From: a virus
Lineage: Duplodnaviria > Caudoviricetes
Reading direction: 5' to 3' (one strand)
IMG/VR virus record: IMGVR_UViG_3300037046_000015
Location: 1 to 26,917 of that record
DNA length: 26,917 nucleotides
The notes beneath the pieces were generated by a model. It ran no database searches and had not been told where the DNA came from. It saw only the letters and a list, made by a program, of their open reading frames with translations. The stretch's first letter is position 1. Each line of letters opens with the position of its first letter. Below are positions 8,294-15,446 of this stretch, piece after piece. Made by a program: the position numbers and the translations under genes.

Positions 8294-10128
8294 GGCGTCA
8301 CCTCCAGCGCGCCAATCAGCGTCCACGTATCGGCCGCGACCCGCTTGAGCGTCACCACCGCGTACTGGCTCATGGTCTTGGCGTTATATCCCGCCGGCCA
8401 GTTGAGCGTCACACCGGCGCCGGCCGCGATCGTCACGGCCCCTGCCGCCCCCTGCTCGATGTGTATCTCGGTATCAGCTGCCCACGCCACCGACGATTGC
8501 GGCGGCACGGTGAGCGTGACAGCCGTAGTCGACGTGCAACGCATGTACTTTCCGGCATCCGCCAGGGCCAGCGTTGCCGTCGCAGCGACCGACGCAACCG
8601 CAGACCACGGCTGCACCGTGCCACCTCCGCTTGCTGCAATCGTCAGCGTGTTCGCCACATCGTCGTAGGTGATCGTGACGTTGGCACCCTGCACCAGGGT
8701 GGCGCCCATCACGTCCTGTACCGCCTCGGCGAAGTCGCTGATCGTGGTGCTGGCTTGCGTGCCGGTATGGTTCGCTCGAGCGAGCAGGTATGCGTCGGTC
8801 TGGTTCGCCGTGGCATTTGGAGCGATGCCATCGAGCTTGGTCCGCATCGTGGTGATCTGCGCCTGGAGCTTGCCCATGGCCACCAGCACGGTGTCAGTCG
8901 CAGCGATCACCGCGTCGGTGGCCAGGCTGAGCCCGGCCAGCACCGTGGCGCGCACACGCGCGACGGTGAACCATAGGTTCGTCGCGCCCTCGGCGAGCGT
9001 GTCGGTGTCCGTGTTCGCTGTAGCGCCCGGCGCGATGCCGCCGAGTTTCGTCTTCTCGGTATCCGTGAACGCGTTCGTGTCCGCATTGGACTCGTACAGG
9101 GTCTTGACCTGCGCGGCAGTGACCGGCTCGGCGTTACCTGCCTGAGCCACCCACTCGCTGTCGTTCGCGTCCCAGATATACCGCAGCACAGGCGAACCGA
9201 CGCCCGCGTCCACGTCGGCGTAGTCGCCCGCTACGCCGCTTGGTACGGCCGTGTTCAGCGCTGCCAGGTTTACATAGGTGCCGCGGTAATGCGCGGCCTC
9301 GAGCCCGGCGAGCTTTGTCTTCTCGGCCGCAGTGTAGTTCTCGTCGCTGAGCTGCTTGCCGGCGACCTTGTCGACCTTGAGCGCGAGCTGGTCAGTCAGG
9401 GTCTGGGGCTGCACCGCCGTGTCAGCGAGGGCGCCCTGGGCCGCCGTAGCCGCGCCGATATCACCCGGCGTCGACGGGATAGTCGGAGTGCCGGTCAGGT
9501 CTGCGTACGCGCCGCTGGTCGCAACTGCCGCCAGCAGGGGCAGGTCGCTCGATTGCAGCGGGGTGAACCCCAACGCACTGGTTACGTCCGAAGACAGCAG
9601 GGCGACCTCGCCGGTGCGCCCGTTGAACGACTCGACACCAGTTGCCTCGATCGCCACCCACACGCCGTCGCGTCGCCCGTAGGTGACCCCGTTCGCCGGA
9701 GCCTCCTCGACGTAGGACAACGTCGGCAGCGGCACGGAGCCGGAAGCCGACACGTCACGTACTGTGAACGTCAGCTCATTCTCGTAGGTTTCGCAGATCA
9801 CCTGACCACGCGGGTGCTCTGCGTCGAACGCTACCAGCTGCGCAGTGTACGTACCAGGGGCGAACGCGAAGTCGCTCAGGTCCAGGGTCAGCAGCGACCC
9901 CGCAACCGAGAACGCGTCCGGGTATGTTAGCGAGTCGATCACCACCGGCTCTGGGCCAGGGATGATGAGCAGCAACTGAGTGACCTCGCTGAGGTCTGCC
10001 GGCACGAAGCTCCGGCCGGCGTACTTCTGCACGGTCACGGTGAACTTGTTGTCCCGCCCCGTGTAGACCGTACCGGTCTGGATCAGCCGCAGCTGGCTTG
10101 GCGTTACGTCACCGAGCATGGCGGTCAC
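8290..10128 (-). CDS. Tail fibre protein (612 aa)
   Basis: Mosaic of fibre repeats: YGRRDGVW, VESFNGRTGEV, AVATSGAYADLTGTPTIP, KVDKVAGKQLSDENYTAAEKTKL, LAEGATNLWFT, RANHTGTQ. Confidence 0.85.
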   Translation of the reverse strand: MTAMLGDVTPSQLRLIQTGTVYTGRDNKFTVTVQKYAGRSFVPADLSEVTQLLLIIPGPEPVVIDSLTYPDAFSVAGSLLTLDLSDFAFAPGTYTAQLVAFDAEHPRGQVICETYENELTFTVRDVSASGSVPLPTLSYVEEAPANGVTYGRRDGVWVAIEATGVESFNGRTGEVALLSSDVTSALGFTPLQSSDLPLLAAVATSGAYADLTGTPTIPSTPGDIGAATAAQGALADTAVQPQTLTDQLALKVDKVAGKQLSDENYTAAEKTKLAGLEAAHYRGTYVNLAALNTAVPSGVAGDYADVDAGVGSPVLRYIWDANDSEWVAQAGNAEPVTAAQVKTLYESNADTNAFTDTEKTKLGGIAPGATANTDTDTLAEGATNLWFTVARVRATVLAGLSLATDAVIAATDTVLVAMGKLQAQITTMRTKLDGIAPNATANQTDAYLLARANHTGTQASTTISDFAEAVQDVMGATLVQGANVTITYDDVANTLTIAASGGGTVQPWSAVASVAATATLALADAGKYMRCTSTTAVTLTVPPQSSVAWAADTEIHIEQGAAGAVTIAAGAGVTLNWPAGYNAKTMSQYAVVTLKRVAADTWTLIGALEVTP

Positions 10129-10131
10129 CTA

Positions 10132-10410
10132 TCAGGGAGTCGGGATACCAGCCTGGTACGAAGCTGCCACGCGGTTGAGCTTGCGGGTCCACATCTGCCG
10201 GGTGTCGCTGGCGTTGAATACCGGCGGCTCGCCGTCGAACTCGTACCCGTCAGCCACCATGGTGCGTACCAACGCGTTGAGCTTCAAGTACCACTCGTTG
10301 AGGGTCGGGGTGGGCGAGCGAAACTGTGCGTCGCCGGTAAGCTCGAACACTTCGTTCAGCTTGCGGCGGGTGTTTGCGCGGGTGTCTTGTGTGCGAAATC
10401 GGATTGCCAT
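10132..10410 (-). CDS. Hypothetical protein with three internal repeats (92 aa)
   Basis: GGAG SD; repeats FRTQDTRANTRRKLN, FRSPTPTLNEWYLKLN and FNASDTRQMWTRKLN. Confidence 0.7.
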   Translation of the reverse strand: MAIRFRTQDTRANTRRKLNEVFELTGDAQFRSPTPTLNEWYLKLNALVRTMVADGYEFDGEPPVFNASDTRQMWTRKLNRVAASYQAGIPTP

Positions 10411-10539
10411 CTCGTCGTCTCCGGGCCGGCGTGGGCGTTGCGCCCTCAGTACCGCGGAGATTAGGCCGTCCGTGGCGTGCAGTCAAGGCTCTCCAGGGCC
10501 GGTCGGACTGGCCGCCGGCTACCCGGAGGGGGTTGTACC

Positions 10540-11169
10540 TCAGACCTGGGCTTTGCCGTCCTTGCCCGGGGCCACCGGCTTGACGCCAGGGCCACCGCCG
10601 GTGTACAGACCGTGACCAGAGGCGTCCGTACGCAGGGACGCAGTCGACTTCAAACTCGGCATGCCGTCGGGCAGGTCAGTAGTTTCTTCGCCCATACCAG
10701 CAGCCCGAGCGATTTCCTCGACCACGCGGCGCTGGGCTTCGTGCGGAAACGCGTCGCCGATACGGTCGAAGATATCGGACGCCCGAACCCCGGCGGTAGC
10801 CGCAGCGTCGGGATCATCCACCCACTCCTCGGATTCTTCGTCGTAGACCTTACCCACCACGGAGCGGCCGTTGACCATCTGCGGGCGTGGGGTGTCACCT
10901 ACGCCACCCAGAGTGTTGCGGACTCGAGCCTTCACTTCGAGCTGTTCTTCCACACCTTCGATCGCCGGCTGGATAGCTTTCTCGGCGTTGGAGTCAGCAG
11001 TGGACTGGGCAGCGGCGTCGGCCTCTGCGGTCTTGGCTGCCTCGGCCTGGGCTTTCTTCTCGGCTTCGGTCGGCTCGGACTTCTGCTCAGTAGCCTTGGG
11101 CTGCTCGGCTGGCTTGGTAACATCGGAGTCTGCCGGCTTAGCGGCTGGAGTGTTCTGTTGCTTGGCCAT
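10540..11169 (-). CDS. Hypothetical Ala/Glu/Lys-rich protein, first gene of the morphogenesis arm (209 aa)
   Basis: GGAG SD, phage-like codon usage, disordered N-terminus. Confidence 0.75.
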   Translation of the reverse strand: MAKQQNTPAAKPADSDVTKPAEQPKATEQKSEPTEAEKKAQAEAAKTAEADAAAQSTADSNAEKAIQPAIEGVEEQLEVKARVRNTLGGVGDTPRPQMVNGRSVVGKVYDEESEEWVDDPDAAATAGVRASDIFDRIGDAFPHEAQRRVVEEIARAAGMGEETTDLPDGMPSLKSTASLRTDASGHGLYTGGGPGVKPVAPGKDGKAQV

Positions 11170-11496
11170 GGTGCTTCTCCCGGGAGGTTGGCTTTGCTAT
11201 GGACCCGCTGCGCAGCGGAGGGTTCAGGGTAGGACGCCGGTTAAAATTTGGCCAGAAAATTTTTGGGGAGGATTGTATACTTTGTATACGGAGTAATTTG
11301 GGGCTGTGATATACGGGGCGGGGGTAATAAGTGTCCCCGCGCGCGCGTACTCCCCAGGTACGGGGGTCCCGCCGGAAAAGGATTCTTAGTCCCTTCGTCA
11401 CTTCCCTAGTTTAGGGATGCGCCCTGCAGCGGCTCAGCCCAATGTGCATAATGGGCTCGCCACTACGGCAAACCGAAACTTTTCTGGAGAAACATC

Positions 11497-12084
11497 ATGG
11501 CTCGCACTACCTCCCGTAACGCCCGTAACGCCCAAGCTGCCGCCGTTGTCGCCTTCGACCTCGCCGCGTGGTCGGTCCGTATGGACACTGCAGCGCTGCA
11601 GTTCACAAGCGCCGGTAAAGCGATGCTCGACCTCATCATGGAAGCGCGCGGCAAAGTCGAGGCCGATACCGTCCGCGAAAAGCTGCAGCACGCTTTCGCC
11701 AGCGCCTTTGCTACCACGTATGGCGTGACCTTCGACGAAGCATGCAAAGCTAAGTCAGTCATGAACCGTGTTTCGGACGGTATGGCGGTATTCAAAGCGG
11801 AAACTATGCCAGGCAGTCTGCCAGGCAACCTTCAGCAGGCCGCGGCCGCATGCCGCAAGGCGAATCCGAAAGAGCGCAAGTCTTCGCCACGCCAGCCGGT
11901 AGCGCCGAAGGTCGACGCTAAGGATGTTAACCCGCTGGCCTTACTGCAGGCCGCACTTGAAGCGCTCCGCAAGCAAGCGGCCGACAATCAGCCAGCGCTT
12001 GAGCTAATCGGCGAGCTGGTTGACTTGGCGGGCGACTTGGCCGAAGCGCTTGCCAGCGATGCGGGCGAAACCCAGGCCGCGTAA
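11497..12084 (+). CDS. Hypothetical Ala-rich helical protein, first gene of the early arm (195 aa)
   Basis: GGAGA SD; flanked by dyad copies and followed by a hairpin. Confidence 0.8.
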   Translation: MARTTSRNARNAQAAAVVAFDLAAWSVRMDTAALQFTSAGKAMLDLIMEARGKVEADTVREKLQHAFASAFATTYGVTFDEACKAKSVMNRVSDGMAVFKAETMPGSLPGNLQQAAAACRKANPKERKSSPRQPVAPKVDAKDVNPLALLQAALEALRKQAADNQPALELIGELVDLAGDLAEALASDAGETQAA

Positions 12085-12105
12085 ATCCCTAAAGTAGGGA
12101 CGTTG

Positions 12106-12136
12106 AGCTAAGCCCTTCGGGGCTTAGCTACTTTGT
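12106..12136 (+). terminator. Terminator-like hairpin with UUCG tetraloop
   Basis: AGCTAAGCCC-TTCG-GGGCTTAGCT then ACTTTGT (short U tract). Confidence 0.65.
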
Positions 12137-12264
12137 ATGGATTGTACGGTCTGGTCGGCTTGTACGCTGCCACGCTAAATCTAGCTTAGCTGAGCGCTAA
12201 ATAAGCCAGAATCATACTATCTATACAAAGTAGCTAAGTGTTTTCACGCTATCTATACAAAGTT

Positions 12265-12681
12265 AAATTAAAAACGAGTTTCCACGTGATTTAAGGCTCA
12301 AATAGCAAGAATTGCCGGTCGAATAGCAAGAATTTCCAGACGCTTTGCTAGTCTGGAACCCGCGTGGTTGCTGGGTTGTAGTAAGAAAAGCAAGAATAGC
12401 AAACGAATTTTTGAAGAGACTACGCGCGACCCTGGCTTAGCAGCTAAGCTAGCGTCTAGCGCCTCTGGCTTAGCCGCTAAATCCCTAAACTAGGGATTTA
12501 ACTTAGCTCCTACGCTTCCGCGTATAGGAGTGTCGAAAAAACGCTTTGCTTTTCTTGCTTTTTTGCTACGCGCCTAGTGCCACGCGGCCTGCAGACTAGC
12601 AAGGTTTGCTATTTGGTTTGCTACTGGACGCAAAAATCTTGCTATTCGGGCGCAAATCACGTGACAACTCGTTTTTAATTT
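12265..12681. repeat. Large imperfect inverted repeat with TAGCAA/AAGCAA iterons; candidate replication origin or terminus
   Basis: 12265-12292 vs 12654-12681 match 26/28 as an inverted pair, with further nested matching blocks. AT-rich and ORF-free. Confidence 0.8.
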
Positions 12682-12876
12682 GATTTAGCGCTTATTTAAG
12701 CCTGTAAATCCCTAAATTAGGGATTTGGTCTCCAGTCCAGCTAGCTGGCTTGGAGTTAGCTGGACTGCTAGCTGGCGAATTGAGATAATTTGCGCCTCAA
12801 ATGTACAAACGAACCAAACTAGCCATCCCGGCTAATCTGACCGATATCCCTAAAGTAGGGATTTAAGGAGTCCACC

Positions 12877-13035
12877 ATGACATACGCCACCTTTGCCGCT
12901 GATGTTCTGACCATCGGCGCGCAGTACGCCGCATCTAAGGCCGCACGTCACGACGTGCCTGGCGCCACCATCGCTAATTGGTTCGCCCGTCTGTCTGTCC
13001 GCGCCCAACGCCGCGCGCAAGTGGTGGCAGCATGA
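12877..13035 (+). CDS. Small hypothetical protein (52 aa, MTYATFAADVLTIG...)
   Basis: Below the ORF-track cutoff. TAAGGAG SD directly after a dyad copy; ATGA coupling to the next gene. Confidence 0.75.
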   Translation: MTYATFAADVLTIGAQYAASKAARHDVPGATIANWFARLSVRAQRRAQVVAA

Positions 13036-13268
13036 GCGTCTGGCACGTGGTTTCCGCTTGGCTTATAGGTGGCGCGGTCACGCTGCTGGCGTCCATCGTC
13101 GTGGCGCTGCGGATCGCCGCTGTCCTGCAGTTGGTCGAGGCGTCGCGCCGGACCCGACTAGGCAAGCGTCGTGCGCTGATGCGCCGCATCTTGTGGGAAC
13201 TGGTCGGCCTGGTCTCGCTGGCCACTGCGCTGGGATTCATCGGCGCGTGGGTATGGATCGGCTGGTAA
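13032..13268 (+). CDS. Small membrane protein, two hydrophobic segments (78 aa)
   Basis: ATGA-coupled start; two hydrophobic stretches separated by an Arg-rich loop. Confidence 0.7.
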   Translation: MSVWHVVSAWLIGGAVTLLASIVVALRIAAVLQLVEASRRTRLGKRRALMRRILWELVGLVSLATALGFIGAWVWIGW

Positions 13269-13276
13269 CCGCCTGG

Positions 13277-13350
13277 AGTCGAAACCACATCCCTACTTTA
13301 GGGATGTTGGTCTGCCGGCGATGGTCTCCCGGCACTGATGAGACAGACCA
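13277..13350 (+). ncRNA. Type II hammerhead ribozyme 1 (predicted cleavage after C13312)
   Basis: GTC-GAAA-stem III (CCACATCCCTA ctt TAGGGATGTTGG)-TC / stem I TGCCGG..CCGGCA / CTGATGA-GAC. Loop I TGGTCT pairs with tail AGACCA. Confidence 0.9.
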
Positions 13351-13396
13351 ATATCCCTACTTTAGGGATTTACGAAACTTTCCAGAGGCAACCACC

Positions 13397-13810
13397 ATGT
13401 CCGAGAAAACCTTCCTGTTCCACACGATGCTCGATGAGCTGATCCCCGGCGTCACGTGGCGCGATGACCACGCAATCTGCAACACCACGGCGAACCTGCA
13501 GGCCGGAGGCCACATGGCCACGCTGGAGTGGGTCTGGCCAGTAGGCGAGAACGGTCAGACGCTGGACTGTCTGGACGACGACTGCAGGCCGATGGTCAAC
13601 CGCGTGCTGGACACGTTCAACCGCCACGTGGCGAACGGCCGAGTCAAGTCCGTGACGTGCTACATGGCGCCGCGTAAGTCGGAGACGGCCGTGTGCGACC
13701 CCGGCTGGCTGGAGTGGGGCGTGGTCCTGCGCGACGAAGCTGGCGAGCGCGTGCTGTATATCGCCCATATCCAACGCCGGATCGGTGCTGACGTGGAGCG
13801 CCACACATGA
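13397..13810 (+). CDS. Hypothetical protein (137 aa, MSEKTFLFH...)
   Basis: AGAGG SD; the upstream extension in the ORF track crosses the ribozyme and is unlikely to be translated. Confidence 0.75.
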   Translation: MSEKTFLFHTMLDELIPGVTWRDDHAICNTTANLQAGGHMATLEWVWPVGENGQTLDCLDDDCRPMVNRVLDTFNRHVANGRVKSVTCYMAPRKSETAVCDPGWLEWGVVLRDEAGERVLYIAHIQRRIGADVERHT

Positions 13811-14013
13811 GCGCCTGCCGTATACGCGAAAACTTCGACCGTATAAACCACCGCAACCCAGTGTCGGGACACGAGTGGGTAGAACACGGCCCCACGACGA
13901 CGTGGAGCGTGGTTGGACCCGTCGGTGTGGTCAGTAACCACCGCACCGAAGCCGGCGCCCAAACAGCGCTTGCCGAGTGGGAAGCGTTCTACGCCAAGCA
14001 TCCTTTGTCCTAG
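13807..14013 (+). CDS. Hypothetical protein (68 aa)
   Basis: ATGA coupling, GGAG upstream; stop abuts ribozyme 2. Confidence 0.7.
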   Translation: MSACRIRENFDRINHRNPVSGHEWVEHGPTTTWSVVGPVGVVSNHRTEAGAQTALAEWEAFYAKHPLS

Positions 14014-14087
14014 AGTCGAAACCACATCCCTAAAGTAGGGATGTGGTCCGGTAGGATTGACCGCCTGCCGCTGATGAGACAGGTCAA
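14014..14087 (+). ncRNA. Type II hammerhead ribozyme 2 (predicted cleavage after C14048)
   Basis: GTC-GAAA-CCACATCCCTA aag TAGGGATGTGG-TC / CGGTAGG..CCTGCCG / CTGATGA-GAC. Loop TTGACC pairs with tail GGTCAA. Confidence 0.92.
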
Positions 14088-14113
14088 ACCACAACTGATT
14101 CGGAGATACGATC

Positions 14114-14350
14114 ATGCACGACTATGACCGGCTGGACGAACTACGCGAAGCGCGCGCATTACTGGCCGATGAACTGGCCGAAGCCGCCGAGTGCGTCCGC
14201 TATCACCACGACGGCGCAGACCCCGCGAAAATGGTCGGCGAATACCCTGAGCTGACCGAGTGGCGCCGGTGCGCCGAGGAACTGGCTGCCTGGGACGAAG
14301 AAAACGCGGCGGAGCTTGTCGCGCTTGAGGCCACGACGTCACCCTGCTGA
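14114..14350 (+). CDS. Acidic hypothetical protein (78 aa)
   Basis: GGAG SD within the shared leader. Confidence 0.75.
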   Translation: MHDYDRLDELREARALLADELAEAAECVRYHHDGADPAKMVGEYPELTEWRRCAEELAAWDEENAAELVALEATTSPC

Positions 14351-14366
14351 TCACTGGAGAATGACC

Positions 14367-14603
14367 ATGCCCGCAACAACGCCTAACCTTCTGGACCGGC
14401 TGACCGCCGCCGAAGATACGCTGCAACACGCGCCGAGCTACGTGCTGGAAGAAGCGCGCCGCGCCATCCACGACGCCAACACGGTCATCACCCTGATATT
14501 CGCCACGCTGGACGGCCAGGAGTGGGATTCCGACACGTCGCAGATCATCGCCGACCACTTGGCCGACTACGGTCTGGTCGTGCGCGGCTGCGACGAAGAC
14601 TGA
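14367..14603 (+). CDS. Acidic hypothetical protein (78 aa; alternative start 14361)
   Basis: GGAG at 14356-14359; contains LDGQEWDSDT. Confidence 0.75.
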   Translation: MPATTPNLLDRLTAAEDTLQHAPSYVLEEARRAIHDANTVITLIFATLDGQEWDSDTSQIIADHLADYGLVVRGCDED

Positions 14604-14611
14604 CCGACGAG

Positions 14612-14701
14612 AGTCGAAACCACATCCGCTATCGCAGGAAATCCCTACTTTAGGGATGTGGTCCGCCGGAAATAGCCTCCCGGCGCTGACGAGACAGGCT
14701 A
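14612..14701 (+). ncRNA. Type II hammerhead ribozyme 3 with enlarged stem III loop (predicted cleavage after C14663)
   Basis: GTC-GAAA-CCACATCC...GGATGTGG-TC / CGCCGG..CCGGCG / CTGACGA-GAC. Loop TAGCCT pairs with tail AGGCTA. Confidence 0.9.
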
Positions 14702-14727
14702 ACCACAACTGATTCGGAGATACGATC

Positions 14728-15351
14728 ATGCCTGAAGAACGGACGGTCCTCGTGTATAAATTCGACGAGCTGAGCGACAAGGCGAAAGAGAAAGCGCGCG
14801 ACTGGTATCGCAGTGGCCAGCTGGAGTATGACTGGTGGGACTCGGTTTATGAGATGGCCGACACCGCCGCGAAGTGTCTGGGCATCGACATTGATCGCAA
14901 GGGCAGGAGCATGCCTGCGATCTACTTTAGCGGCTTCTGTAGCCAAGGTGACGGCGCCTGCTTCGAGGGCTCATGCCGCTACAAGAAAGGCTGGCGCGCC
15001 GCCCTACTGCACGAGTTTGGCCCTGGCGACACGCTGAACGAGCTGCTGAGTATCGGCCAGGCGCTGCAGGACGCCCAACGGCGCCAGTTCTACAAGCTGG
15101 AGGCCGTGTGCCGGCACCGTGGGCACTACCAGCACAGCGGCTGCATGAGTGTCGCGGCTAGCCACGCCGACAGCATGTACCGCGATATCGGTGACGACGA
15201 GGACTACATCCGAGACGCGCTCCGATCCTTCGCCGACTGGATATACGACCGCCTGGAGTCCGAGCACGACTGGTTGACAGGCGACGAGCAGGTCGACGAG
15301 TCGATCCGTGCGAATGAGTACGAGTTCGACGAAGACGGGGGCCTGGCATGA
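14728..15351 (+). CDS. Conserved acidic phage/ICE protein (207 aa); family often loosely labelled 'antitoxin of TA stability system', function unproven
   Basis: VYKFDELSDKAKEKARDWYR, IYFSGFCSQGDGACF and ANEYEFDEDG motifs, recognised from memory. Confidence 0.7.
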   Translation: MPEERTVLVYKFDELSDKAKEKARDWYRSGQLEYDWWDSVYEMADTAAKCLGIDIDRKGRSMPAIYFSGFCSQGDGACFEGSCRYKKGWRAALLHEFGPGDTLNELLSIGQALQDAQRRQFYKLEAVCRHRGHYQHSGCMSVAASHADSMYRDIGDDEDYIRDALRSFADWIYDRLESEHDWLTGDEQVDESIRANEYEFDEDGGLA

Positions 15352-15446
15352 AAACCCAGACGATGTACCACAACACCAACTGCTTGATCGGCTTTCTGGC
15401 CGGCCTGGCGTTCGTCCTCTTGATCGCGCCATGGGGGCTGGTATGA
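15348..15446 (+). CDS. Tiny membrane peptide (32 aa, MKTQTMYHNTNCLIGFLAGLAFVLLIAPWGLV)
   Basis: Fills the gap exactly with ATGA overlaps at both ends; not in the ORF track. Confidence 0.65.
   Translation: MKTQTMYHNTNCLIGFLAGLAFVLLIAPWGLV

Noticed and set aside
40-11296. Long plus-strand ORFs opposite structural genes (e.g. 5440..6819, 1293..2168, 2642..3478)
   Set aside because: Antisense shadows expected at high GC3; no SD or recognisable motifs.
13032-13268. Holin
   Set aside because: Two hydrophobic segments fit, but it lies in the early region with no endolysin nearby.
13058-13396. N-terminal extension of the 250-aa ORF 13058..13810 and similar extensions (16787, 15308, 19264, 23343)
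   Set aside because: They overlap better-supported genes or RNA elements; downstream starts have SD sites or stop-start coupling.
13277-14701. Intergenic repeats as integron attC sites or plain terminators
   Set aside because: No integrase, no attC core pair and no U tract; the hammerhead core and pseudoknot covariation explain them better.
14728-15351. Toxin-antitoxin system
   Set aside because: The family label is unvalidated and no adjacent toxin motif is recognisable.
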